A DNA stretch of 64,000 nt from a virus, in the IMG/VR virus record IMGVR_UViG_3300042519_001676, positions 1 through 64,000 of that record; one strand, written 5' to 3'. Shown piece by piece: positions 1 through 6,988 of the stretch (position 1 is the first letter of the stretch; every line of letters begins with the position of its first letter). The position numbers were made by a program, and so were the translations under genes. The notes beneath the pieces were generated by a model. It was not told the DNA's origin. It worked only from the letters and a program-made list of their open reading frames with translations, and did no database searches.

Positions 1-1
1 A

Positions 2-97
2 GGTGTTAGCGATATGACACAACGGTTCCGCATTGTTGATATCAGTGTGGTGGAAGAAGAGATTACTGAACTTGGTGAGGAGAGCTACGATGCCTAA
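2..97 (+). CDS. 3' end of an ORF entering from the window edge
   Basis: Frame 2 is open from base 2 (GVSDMTQRFRIVDISVVEEEITELGEESYDA*) and overlaps the next start at 90. Confidence 0.55.
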   Translation, partial: GVSDMTQRFRIVDISVVEEEITELGEESYDA

Positions 98-665
98 TTG
101 GTGCAACAACTCGGTAGAGATCTACCACGAAGACCCAGCGATGATTGAACGAGTGCGTGAAGCATTCAACAAGGGTGCCCTGCTACAAGAGTTCATCCCA
201 GTGCCAGAGAGTCTGCAGATTGTAGCAGGCTCAGTAGGCGATCCTGTAGAGCAGGCCAAGTTGATAGAGGATACCAATCGTAACCTAGAGGTCCACGGCT
301 ACGGCAACTGGTATGACTACTGCGTAAACGAATGGGGAACTAAGTGGGACATCGGTGCTGATGGCAACCCTGCACAGGACATCCCAGGTGGATTGATGTT
401 GGGCTTTGACTCAGCATGGGCCCCTCCTTGTGCAGCCTATGAGAAGTTGACCGAGCAGGGCTTCCGTATCCGTGCCATGTATTACGAAGGTGGCATGGCC
501 TTTGCCGGCATTTGGGAAGAAGGCAATGATGACTATTACGAGTATGGTGGCTTAGACAGTAAGGGCATTGCTGACACACTGCCTGCAGAACTAGACGAAG
601 CGTTTGGCATCTCTGAGAGTGCGGCAGAATGGGAAGCAGAGAACGCTGAAGAGGATCAAGAATAA
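90..665 (+). CDS. DUF1281/YubB (Api92-like) ferredoxin-like domain protein
   Basis: MPNWCNN start, WYDYCVNEWGTKWD and FDSAWAPP motifs typical of this phage family; GAGGAG upstream of ATG 90 (ORF track start 33 is unlikely). Confidence 0.75.
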   Translation: MPNWCNNSVEIYHEDPAMIERVREAFNKGALLQEFIPVPESLQIVAGSVGDPVEQAKLIEDTNRNLEVHGYGNWYDYCVNEWGTKWDIGADGNPAQDIPGGLMLGFDSAWAPPCAAYEKLTEQGFRIRAMYYEGGMAFAGIWEEGNDDYYEYGGLDSKGIADTLPAELDEAFGISESAAEWEAENAEEDQE

Positions 666-689
666 CCCTACAGCCCCCAGGGGCTTTGG

Positions 690-718
690 TTGACAACTGT
701 GCGTTTTACTGTTATAAT
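690..718 (+). promoter_or_regulatory. early sigma70-type promoter P1
   Basis: TTGACA 690-695, 17 bp, TATAAT 713-718. Confidence 0.9.
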
Positions 719-748
719 ACACTTACACTAAACAGCAAAGGAAGCGAC

Positions 749-1096
749 ATGCAAGCAGTTACATTTAACACAAACGGTCTGGGCTATTGGAGCCGCACTG
801 CTAAGGCAGTAGAGATTGTTGACATGCGTATTAATTACATTAACGACGAAAAGAGCTTCGGCGAGTTGTGTGTTTACTTTAACACAGACACATGGGACGT
901 AAACACAATGGGTCTCATTTATACAGACAAACAGTTTAAGCGAGAGCTTAACGAGTTTCTCGTAGCACAGGGTCTTGCAACTGCGGAGTATAGCGAGCAG
1001 GGTATGCAGGGAGAGGACTATGTTAGTTTAGACGTAGAGGGCAAGTTCCTGCAACTGTGGGAAGCTAAGTTTGGGACAGTACTAGTAGTCGAGTAA
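749..1096 (+). CDS. hypothetical early protein
   Basis: Start moved to ATG 749, downstream of P1 and an AAGGAAG RBS. Confidence 0.8.
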   Translation: MQAVTFNTNGLGYWSRTAKAVEIVDMRINYINDEKSFGELCVYFNTDTWDVNTMGLIYTDKQFKRELNEFLVAQGLATAEYSEQGMQGEDYVSLDVEGKFLQLWEAKFGTVLVVE

Positions 1097-1112
1097 AGTG
1101 GAAGGGCATTGC

Positions 1113-1141
1113 TTGACAGCAGTGCCTTTTTGCGTTATAAT
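1113..1141 (+). promoter_or_regulatory. early promoter P2, -35 box in a hairpin loop
   Basis: TTGACA 1113-1118, 17 bp, TATAAT 1136-1141; flanked by inverted repeat 1102-1129. Confidence 0.9.
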
Positions 1142-1166
1142 ACACTTACACTAAACAGGAGCAGAC

Positions 1167-1364
1167 ATGTTGTCAAACGCAGAAAAGAGTGCTTTACTCA
1201 ACAAAGCAGTAGACATGCTTAACGAAGCAGACGCACTAGTGCAACAGGCACTAGGGGATAGCGATGTAACTTGGGAAACCCATATTGCAATACAAAGTAT
1301 TGCTGACGACATTGTGTCAGACATTATTGAGTTTGACGACATGTCGGCAAAGGAGCAGGCATGA
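1167..1364 (+). CDS. small acidic hypothetical protein
   Basis: AGGAG RBS, follows P2, ATGA overlap with next gene. Confidence 0.8.
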   Translation: MLSNAEKSALLNKAVDMLNEADALVQQALGDSDVTWETHIAIQSIADDIVSDIIEFDDMSAKEQA

Positions 1365-1600
1365 TCACAGCAGCCAACGTTCGCTACATGATCGACATCC
1401 CTGTCGAGCATATGAAAGCCATTGCCGTTGAGAACAAGATCAGCGGCTATGCTATCACAGGGGTCAAGTTCCTGGGCATGACTAACGGCAGCGAGTTCTG
1501 CTATCACATTGTCCACGAGGTCAAAGGCGGCAGTGACAGTGCCAAAATGTTCCTGCGATATGACCCTACAGCGGATAGGGTTACTGCCAGCATCGGTTGA
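1361..1600 (+). CDS. hypothetical early protein
   Basis: AAGGAG RBS; stop TGA lies inside the next TTGACA. Confidence 0.8.
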   Translation: MITAANVRYMIDIPVEHMKAIAVENKISGYAITGVKFLGMTNGSEFCYHIVHEVKGGSDSAKMFLRYDPTADRVTASIG

Positions 1601-1625
1601 CAGTTGGACAGATCTTTGTTATAAT
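1597..1625 (+). promoter_or_regulatory. early promoter P3
   Basis: TTGACA 1597-1602, 17 bp, TATAAT 1620-1625. Confidence 0.9.
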
Positions 1626-1651
1626 ACATACATCGCAACAAGGAGCACACT

Positions 1652-1921
1652 ATGCAAGCAGTCAACATCAGCAACATCACTAAAGTTTACTCGGGCAAGG
1701 CCGGGACCTGTATGTGCGGTTGTGCAGGCAAGTACAGTTACACGGCTAAAGGGGCAGTAGAAGACAGCCCGGGCTATGACGTAAGCGACAGTGTCAACGA
1801 GCGTAGTGTCAAGATCATAGCAGGCAAAGTGTTGCGTAATAGCAACACAGATCGTAGTGATGCAGGCTATGCAGTACTTGACCAAAATGGTCGGGTATTG
1901 GTTGTGTTTTTCAAAGACTGA
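1652..1921 (+). CDS. hypothetical protein with CxCGCxG motif
   Basis: AAGGAG RBS; YSGKAGTCMCGCAGKY motif. Confidence 0.8.
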   Translation: MQAVNISNITKVYSGKAGTCMCGCAGKYSYTAKGAVEDSPGYDVSDSVNERSVKIIAGKVLRNSNTDRSDAGYAVLDQNGRVLVVFFKD

Positions 1922-1930
1922 TGTTATAAT
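1902..1930 (+). promoter_or_regulatory. early promoter P4 (degenerate -35)
   Basis: TTGTGT 1902-1907, 17 bp, TATAAT 1925-1930; leader 37/38 identical to that of P3. Confidence 0.75.
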
Positions 1931-1956
1931 ACATATATCGCAACAAGGAGCACACT

Positions 1957-2202
1957 ATGAAAGTATCACAACTCATCGAGCAACTGCAATGCATGGATGC
2001 CGAAGCAGAAGTTCACTTCAGCTACTGCTACGGTGACCACTGGCGTACTGAGGTCGCTCCTAGCGTGAGCCGTGTTGACGAAGGTGTAGTGGAGTTCAGC
2101 GACTACCACCGCATGGACAAGATGGTAGACGACGAGGACTGCTACGACGAAGAAACGGGCAACTACAAAGAGTCCGTCCGCCGCGTTGTTGTGCTAGGTT
2201 AA
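1957..2202 (+). CDS. hypothetical early protein
   Basis: AAGGAG RBS; MKVSQLIEQLQ..D.EAEV N-terminus common in small phage proteins. Confidence 0.8.
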   Translation: MKVSQLIEQLQCMDAEAEVHFSYCYGDHWRTEVAPSVSRVDEGVVEFSDYHRMDKMVDDEDCYDEETGNYKESVRRVVVLG

Positions 2203-2209
2203 GGAGAAA

Positions 2210-2398
2210 ATGATGAAGATCACGATTACTGTTCCAAAACATGCTGTCAAATCAGTCAAGGCCTACGTTAAAGAACTCAATGGCAAGACTCCTTCTACAA
2301 AAGTGCTAGAGAAGTTCTTTGAGCAGGACATCGAGGGCTTTTACGGCGATACCTTTGAAGAAGGCATTGAGGATGCCGTAGAAAATTATTTCGGTTGA
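2210..2398 (+). CDS. hypothetical early protein
   Basis: TAAGGAG RBS; stop inside the next TTGACA. Confidence 0.75.
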   Translation: MMKITITVPKHAVKSVKAYVKELNGKTPSTKVLEKFFEQDIEGFYGDTFEEGIEDAVENYFG

Positions 2399-2423
2399 CA
2401 AAGTCGGTAAAACCTGTTATAAT
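2395..2423 (+). promoter_or_regulatory. early promoter P5
   Basis: TTGACA 2395-2400, 17 bp, TATAAT 2418-2423. Confidence 0.9.
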
Positions 2424-2449
2424 ACATACTTAAACAACAAGGACTTCAA

Positions 2450-2584
2450 ATGCAAAAGACTATCGCTTCAAGCACCGGCGGCACTATTACTTTCACTAAG
2501 ACTGGCCTGATCCACACCGCAGGCAAAGCCTACAGCGGTAAGATCGCCGCTCAAGAAGCTAAACAGAAGCCCGCCAAGAAGTAA
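2450..2584 (+). CDS. 44-aa basic protein (not in ORF track)
   Basis: MQKTIASSTGGTITFTKTGLIHTAGKAYSGKIAAQEAKQKPAKK*, AAGGA RBS, fills the gap between P5 and P6. Confidence 0.75.
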   Translation: MQKTIASSTGGTITFTKTGLIHTAGKAYSGKIAAQEAKQKPAKK

Positions 2585-2593
2585 GGGCATTGA

Positions 2594-2622
2594 TTGACAG
2601 CCAATCCAAAAGACGCTATAAT
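2594..2622 (+). promoter_or_regulatory. early promoter P6
   Basis: TTGACA 2594-2599, 17 bp, TATAAT 2617-2622. Confidence 0.9.
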
Positions 2623-2654
2623 TAACACTTACACAAACACACTAGGAGCTGACA

Positions 2655-3161
2655 ATGGGAACACGAAGCACTATTGCATTGGAATTCGCAGACGGCACAG
2701 TTGAGCAGGTCTACTGCCACTGGGACGGCTACTTGGACTACAACGGCAAGACCCTGCAGGAGCACTACTCCGACCCGTTCAAACTGCGTGACTTGATTGA
2801 CATGGGCGGCATTAGTTCGCTAGGCAAGAACATTGGCAAGAAGCATCCCTTTAGCCCTGCTTACAATGAGACTGACGCTTTGAAGCGGGCCAAGATCCAA
2901 ACAGAAATTGACTTGGCTAACGAAGCAGGTTACACTACATTCTACGCACGTGACCGTGGCGAAGAGATCAGCGTCAACAAGTACAAGAACGCAGACGAAT
3001 ACTTCGACTGCTCACAGCAAGAAGAATACGACTACATCCTCCGCAACGTCGACGGCGTGGCTACGTGGTTTGTACGCTGCTATGCTACAGACGGCGTCTG
3101 GGCTACAATGGATGAGGCCCAGGGCCTTGTTGCATTGGTAGCAGAAGGCGAAAACTATTAA
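2655..3161 (+). CDS. conserved phage hypothetical protein (MGTRS...YCHWDGY family)
   Basis: AGGAG RBS; YCHWDGY and EEYDYI motifs. Confidence 0.85.
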   Translation: MGTRSTIALEFADGTVEQVYCHWDGYLDYNGKTLQEHYSDPFKLRDLIDMGGISSLGKNIGKKHPFSPAYNETDALKRAKIQTEIDLANEAGYTTFYARDRGEEISVNKYKNADEYFDCSQQEEYDYILRNVDGVATWFVRCYATDGVWATMDEAQGLVALVAEGENY

Positions 3162-3376
3162 TGACAGGCTTTAAAAGTAAAAAGGAAATGGCTATGAGTA
3201 AAATGGCAGAACTGAGCTACGACATTCAAGAGTTGTACATTGACGGCCTGAGTGCCAAACAGATTGCAGCCGAGTTAGGCTGTCCAGTCGAAATGGTTCT
3301 TGGAGAGCTAGCAGAAATGGGTGTGGCAGATAAGCCACAAGAGGAGGAGATCTATAGCCCCTACTACGGTGCCTAA
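3161..3376 (+). CDS. small HTH-like protein
   Basis: GLSAKQIAAELGCPVEMV resembles an HTH; true start may be 3188 (AAGGAA RBS). Confidence 0.7.
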   Translation: MTGFKSKKEMAMSKMAELSYDIQELYIDGLSAKQIAAELGCPVEMVLGELAEMGVADKPQEEEIYSPYYGA

Positions 3377-3388
3377 ACCAAAAAACGG

Positions 3389-3418
3389 TTGACACTGCCG
3401 TCCAATCAGTGTTATAAT
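3389..3418 (+). promoter_or_regulatory. early promoter P7
   Basis: TTGACA 3389-3394, 18 bp, TATAAT 3413-3418. Confidence 0.85.
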
Positions 3419-3474
3419 TTAATTAATGCGAAACGGTTCGCAGATGACATACACACATACACAAAGGAGTTAAC

Positions 3475-3867
3475 ATGTCTAAATCTTTTACCCACGCTGG
3501 TGTTTCTAAACTGGACGGTAAGTTCAAAGTTCGCTATTGCAATGATAGCCTTCGTACCAAGGTGCTGATCAAGAACGGTCACACTGATATTGATATCTTG
3601 GAGTTGAAGCATCCTATGATCAAAGAGGATGTGGTCACTTACCTGTTGAGCATCAACTTCGACAACGGTAACAAAGAAGTCCGAGCTGCACTAGAAGCAG
3701 AGCAGGGCAAGCGTGAGCCCAAGGCACCTAAGTCAACTGGCAAGGTTGAGAAGGTCAAGGCAGTCAAAGCCACTGCAAAGAAGGCAGTCAAGCCTACGCT
3801 GGAGTCTATCAAGGCCAAGGCCAAAGTGCCTGCAAAGGTTGTTGAGAGCGAAGACGCACCGTTCTGA
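3475..3867 (+). CDS. hypothetical protein with Lys/Ala-rich histone-H1-like tail
   Basis: AAGGAG RBS; C-terminal KAVKATAKKAVKP composition. Confidence 0.8.
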   Translation: MSKSFTHAGVSKLDGKFKVRYCNDSLRTKVLIKNGHTDIDILELKHPMIKEDVVTYLLSINFDNGNKEVRAALEAEQGKREPKAPKSTGKVEKVKAVKATAKKAVKPTLESIKAKAKVPAKVVESEDAPF

Positions 3868-3870
3868 TTT

Positions 3871-3920
3871 ACTGTGGGGTCTTAGTACTCGGTCAGAAAA
3901 CTGGATCCCACAGTCTTTTT
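3871..3920 (+). terminator. stem-loop with T-run, terminator-like, large structured loop
   Basis: ACTGTGGGGTC 3871-3881 pairs with GATCCCACAGT 3904-3914, then CTTTTT. Confidence 0.55.
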
Positions 3921-3937
3921 ACACTTAGGAGTTTGAA

Positions 3938-4168
3938 ATGAAAGCATTTTTAGCAATTGCTGGCGTGCTGGCCACGCTGTTCTTTGTAGTGATCCTGACC
4001 ACGCTGGTCGGCGGCATTGTTGGCTGGTGTGTGAACTTGTTGTTCCCTGTGGTCAATGTAACGCTGAATCAGGTTACTGGCCTGGCACTTGACGCATTTG
4101 ATATGGGTGCGGTCTTGGGCTTCGTTGGTAGTTTCTTCAAGTCTACAAACACTTCGAGCACCAAATGA
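3938..4168 (+). CDS. small membrane protein
   Basis: AGGAG RBS; two hydrophobic stretches. Confidence 0.8.
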   Translation: MKAFLAIAGVLATLFFVVILTTLVGGIVGWCVNLLFPVVNVTLNQVTGLALDAFDMGAVLGFVGSFFKSTNTSSTK

Positions 4169-4383
4169 GCCGCTTACAACTGCACGGGCGTCCCTGGGTA
4201 GTGTTTGACGCCAAAGATAAAGAACATCGCAAATGGTTTGCCGAGTTTAATCGTACAGCCAAATGGGGCCGTTGCCCTGTAAGGTTTGTGGTTAACGATG
4301 ATCACGGTGATCTCATTACCCAAATCCAACGAGAACTGATTGCACACTATGTGGGCAGAGAGTTTGGCAAAATTCGTGGTTGA
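4165..4383 (+). CDS. hypothetical protein
   Basis: ATGA overlap; stop inside the -35 box of P8. Confidence 0.8.
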   Translation: MSRLQLHGRPWVVFDAKDKEHRKWFAEFNRTAKWGRCPVRFVVNDDHGDLITQIQRELIAHYVGREFGKIRG

Positions 4384-4408
4384 TTTACCAGTCTAGGTTA
4401 TGTATACT
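4380..4408 (+). promoter_or_regulatory. early promoter P8
   Basis: TTGATT 4380-4385, 17 bp, TATACT 4403-4408. Confidence 0.7.
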
Positions 4409-4448
4409 TGTTATTAACTGCACAGCAGTCTAAAACAAGGAAACTATT

Positions 4449-4718
4449 ATGAAAACAATTAACCCAGAAACCAAAACCGGTAAGCTATTCACAGCATTGA
4501 AGTCAGGCGAAGCAGTAACTCCTGCTCAGGCTGCAAAGCGTTTCGGTATTAAGAATGTCACAGCTGAAGTCAGTCGCATTCGTCAAAGCGGTTTTGCAGT
4601 GTATGCAAACAACCGCAAAGCCGGTAACGGTGTTGCAGTCACAGAGTATGTGATGGGTCAACCAAGCCGCAAGTTGATTGCCGCAGGTTATAAGGCTATG
4701 GCTCTCGGCCTAGTTTAA
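4449..4718 (+). CDS. winged helix-turn-helix DNA-binding protein
   Basis: LKSGEAVTPAQAAKRFGIKNVTAEVSRIRQSGF is a wHTH pattern; AAGGAA RBS. Confidence 0.75.
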   Translation: MKTINPETKTGKLFTALKSGEAVTPAQAAKRFGIKNVTAEVSRIRQSGFAVYANNRKAGNGVAVTEYVMGQPSRKLIAAGYKAMALGLV

Positions 4719-4737
4719 AGAGAGCTCGCTCCTAAGT

Positions 4738-4800
4738 CCTGGGGGTAGTGTCCCAGGCAAACCCCCGAGCCCCGCCCTGCTGTGAAGCATCGCGGGGCTC
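4738..4800 (+). other. GC-rich structured intergenic element (two hairpins)
   Basis: CCTGGG/CCCAGG stem and GAGCCCCGC/GCGGGGCTC stem with inner TGCT/AGCA. Confidence 0.55.
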
Positions 4801-4805
4801 ACCTT

Positions 4806-4823
4806 TGTTGTAAAAATACAACA
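4806..4823. promoter_or_regulatory. putative operator palindrome upstream of P9
   Basis: TGTTGTA-AAAA-TACAACA, ending 10 bp before the -35; second copy at 6903-6920. Confidence 0.6.
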
Positions 4824-4833
4824 CCAAAAGAGG

Positions 4834-4862
4834 TTGACAGAGTGGTAAAACCTTGCTATAAT
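4834..4862 (+). promoter_or_regulatory. early promoter P9
   Basis: TTGACA 4834-4839, 17 bp, TATAAT 4857-4862. Confidence 0.9.
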
Positions 4863-4889
4863 ACATACATAGACAGCAAGGAGCACACA

Positions 4890-4973
4890 ATGACAGGAAC
4901 TGAAATTATCGTAACCACACTGATCGTAGCGGCAATCTTCGCTATCAAGTGCTGGATCATCACTAAACTCTAA
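4890..4973 (+). CDS. 27-aa single-TM peptide
   Basis: MTGTEIIVTTLIVAAIFAIKCWIITKL*, AAGGAG RBS after P9. Confidence 0.7.
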   Translation: MTGTEIIVTTLIVAAIFAIKCWIITKL

Positions 4974-4983
4974 GGAGCAGGAC

Positions 4984-5301
4984 ATGGCTAAACTGTTAAT
5001 CACAACCCAGGTCTACGAGAACTACGGTGCCCATGATTGGGACGGTAAGAACGAGTGCCCACAGTACTGGAAAGCCAAAGGCGGTTCGGACTACGTGGTC
5101 AAGAAGTTCAAAGGTGGCTCTACTGATGCTACCATGGCGGTCATGTGCCTGCGAGCACAGATCGAGTCAGACAACGATCACTTCCGTGAGACTGTGATCG
5201 ACTTCCGCATTGTCAAGGACGACTACCTTACAGAGTTTGAGCAGAGCCAGCTGGACTACGAAGGTAAGATCCGTTTTGCATCTAAGGAGTTGGTATGGTA
5301 A
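4984..5301 (+). CDS. conserved phage hypothetical protein (ENYGAHDW...YWKAKGG family)
   Basis: TAAGGAG RBS; motif recurrent in T4-like phages. Confidence 0.85.
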   Translation: MAKLLITTQVYENYGAHDWDGKNECPQYWKAKGGSDYVVKKFKGGSTDATMAVMCLRAQIESDNDHFRETVIDFRIVKDDYLTEFEQSQLDYEGKIRFASKELVW

Positions 5302-5519
5302 GAGAGCACATTGAGATGGACACACGACACGGTGGTCCTTATGATCGCGGTATGGCAGACAGCTACTACCGCAGGGACTACAATCCCCACTACTACCTGG
5401 GCGACACCAAAGCTTCAGGGCGTGTCATCCTCAAGGACATGACACCCGATGAGATCGTGGCCTACACCGCAGGCTTCAACGACAACGAAGAGATGGGCGA
5501 CTACAAGGAATGGCTATAA
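5295..5519 (+). CDS. conserved hypothetical protein (HGGPYDRG.ADSYY family)
   Basis: TAAGGAG RBS; overlaps previous stop. Confidence 0.8.
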   Translation: MVREHIEMDTRHGGPYDRGMADSYYRRDYNPHYYLGDTKASGRVILKDMTPDEIVAYTAGFNDNEEMGDYKEWL

Positions 5520-5528
5520 CCCTACTGG

Positions 5529-5557
5529 TTGACAGGTTATCCAAAAGGCGTTATAAT
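5529..5557 (+). promoter_or_regulatory. early promoter P10
   Basis: TTGACA 5529-5534, 17 bp, TATAAT 5552-5557. Confidence 0.9.
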
Positions 5558-5587
5558 ACATACATAGACAGCAACAAGGAGCAGAAC

Positions 5588-5800
5588 ATGGGATATCGCG
5601 TAATGGACACCGTAGACATGATGCGTGACAAGTACAGTGCCCGCAAGGGACTAGAGGGTCCGTTCAACTTCTCCGGTCGTGTTCTGTACTACGATGTCAA
5701 GGAAGGTCTGTACTACGATCCTACTACAGACTTCTATGTGTTCAAAGAAGAGATGGACATCATCAACAATCAATTTATGGAGCATTTCAAGAATGGCTGA
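5588..5800 (+). CDS. conserved hypothetical protein (GLEGPF...YYD family)
   Basis: Start moved to ATG 5588 after an AAGGAG RBS. Confidence 0.8.
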   Translation: MGYRVMDTVDMMRDKYSARKGLEGPFNFSGRVLYYDVKEGLYYDPTTDFYVFKEEMDIINNQFMEHFKNG

Positions 5801-5990
5801 CATCTCGATTCACCCTAAGCTGAACCCACTAGAAGTGATTCTAGTTGAGGAGTACATGACCAAGCACTGGCCCCGGGTCACACACTATACAATGACTCCG
5901 GGCAACGAATGCGTCTGGGTCTATTACAGCAACATGAACCTCTACTTCGTATTCCGTGACGGAAAAGTGGTTGACGTCCAGATCGATTGA
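5793..5990 (+). CDS. hypothetical protein
   Basis: Start moved to ATG 5793 (GGAG upstream); C-terminus VVDVQID* is encoded across promoter P11. Confidence 0.7.
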   Translation: MADISIHPKLNPLEVILVEEYMTKHWPRVTHYTMTPGNECVWVYYSNMNLYFVFRDGKVVDVQID

Positions 5991-5999
5991 AGTTATAAT
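5971..5999 (+). promoter_or_regulatory. early promoter P11
   Basis: TTGACG 5971-5976, 17 bp, TATAAT 5994-5999. Confidence 0.85.
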
Positions 6000-6028
6000 A
6001 CATACACACTAACACAAAAGGAGCTCAC

Positions 6029-6418
6029 ATGTATAATTGGCACGATCTTATCCGCCCTATGGAACTGCAACACGCTATCAACTTCCTAGGTGCCAGCCGC
6101 AAAGCCTATAACAAGAACTCTGGTGAGAAGGCTCTGAACTTCCAAGAGACCTTTGACATGATCGAAGAGTGTGCCCCTAATGTAGGCACTAATCAAGATC
6201 ACGCTATGATGAAGACCATCCAAGCTCACATTGATGAGAAACTGGCCAAGTTGGAAGCCCAACTGTGGAAGGACCTCGCCAAGCAGGTCGACGTCAAGGC
6301 TGTGAACCAGATGCTCAAGGACGACATGCTGTTTGAAGACAGTGACGAGTACATGATGACCGATGAAGAGTACGAAGAGTCGGAGTTCTACGACGAGGAC
6401 AACGGCTACGGCTATTAA
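6029..6418 (+). CDS. hypothetical protein with acidic C-terminus
   Basis: AAGGAG RBS; D/E-rich tail. Confidence 0.8.
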   Translation: MYNWHDLIRPMELQHAINFLGASRKAYNKNSGEKALNFQETFDMIEECAPNVGTNQDHAMMKTIQAHIDEKLAKLEAQLWKDLAKQVDVKAVNQMLKDDMLFEDSDEYMMTDEEYEESEFYDEDNGYGY

Positions 6419-6426
6419 CCCGCCAG

Positions 6427-6455
6427 TTGACAGGGTTTCCAAAAGGCGTTATAAT
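6427..6455 (+). promoter_or_regulatory. early promoter P12
   Basis: TTGACA 6427-6432, 17 bp, TATAAT 6450-6455; 36/38 identical to the P10 region. Confidence 0.9.
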
Positions 6456-6481
6456 ACATACATCGCAACAAGGAGTTGACT

Positions 6482-6595
6482 ATGTTAAAATTGATAGGTT
6501 GGTGTACAGTGATTTGGGCCATGTTCCATTTTGGTATCGCTCAACTGATTGCAATCTACACCATGCTGGCCCTTTCTTTTATCGCAGGAGTTTAA
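6482..6595 (+). CDS. 37-aa hydrophobic peptide (not in ORF track)
   Basis: MLKLIGWCTVIWAMFHFGIAQLIAIYTMLALSFIAGV*, AAGGAG RBS. Confidence 0.7.
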   Translation: MLKLIGWCTVIWAMFHFGIAQLIAIYTMLALSFIAGV

Positions 6596-6596
6596 T

Positions 6597-6680
6597 ATGC
6601 AGGCCTACATCAACCTAGCTATTGTTATGATGCCCGTCATCGTTATGGGTTTGGCAATGATCATCATGGGAGAGTTCTAA
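6597..6680 (+). CDS. 27-aa hydrophobic peptide (not in ORF track)
   Basis: MQAYINLAIVMMPVIVMGLAMIIMGEF*, AGGAG RBS, TAATG coupling to next gene. Confidence 0.7.
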   Translation: MQAYINLAIVMMPVIVMGLAMIIMGEF

Positions 6681-6934
6681 TGTCAGTTGAGTTCACAATC
6701 CAAGGGCTCAATGCCCAACAGCGAGTCCTAGCAGACATCATCTGGGCCTGCCGAGACTTTGCAGGTGTTCAGAAGTTCATCAAGGCACTGCCTACACAGG
6801 CCCTGCGTGACGAAGCTTGCTCCATCGTAGAGCTGATGAAGATGGCGGCCATCGAACAATGCTACGACGGAGTCAATCAGGAGATGGAAGAAGCTGACAG
6901 TGTGTTGCGAAAATACAACACCAAAAGAGGTTGA
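6680..6934 (+). CDS. hypothetical protein
   Basis: GGAG RBS; last codons run through the palindrome and stop in TTGACA of P13. Confidence 0.8.
   Translation: MSVEFTIQGLNAQQRVLADIIWACRDFAGVQKFIKALPTQALRDEACSIVELMKMAAIEQCYDGVNQEMEEADSVLRKYNTKRG
6903..6920. promoter_or_regulatory. second copy of putative operator
   Basis: TGTTG-CGAAAATA-CAACA, same 10-bp spacing to the -35 as 4806-4823. Confidence 0.55.
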
Positions 6935-6959
6935 CAGGTTTGTGGTTTTACCATATAAT
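6931..6959 (+). promoter_or_regulatory. early promoter P13
   Basis: TTGACA 6931-6936, 17 bp, TATAAT 6954-6959. Confidence 0.9.
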
Positions 6960-6988
6960 ACATACTTAAACAACGCAAAGGAAACACT

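Noticed and set aside
4755-4800. c-di-GMP-I riboswitch (GGCAAACC)
   Set aside because: The rest of the GEMM consensus (GACGCAAAGC, P1 pairing) is absent.
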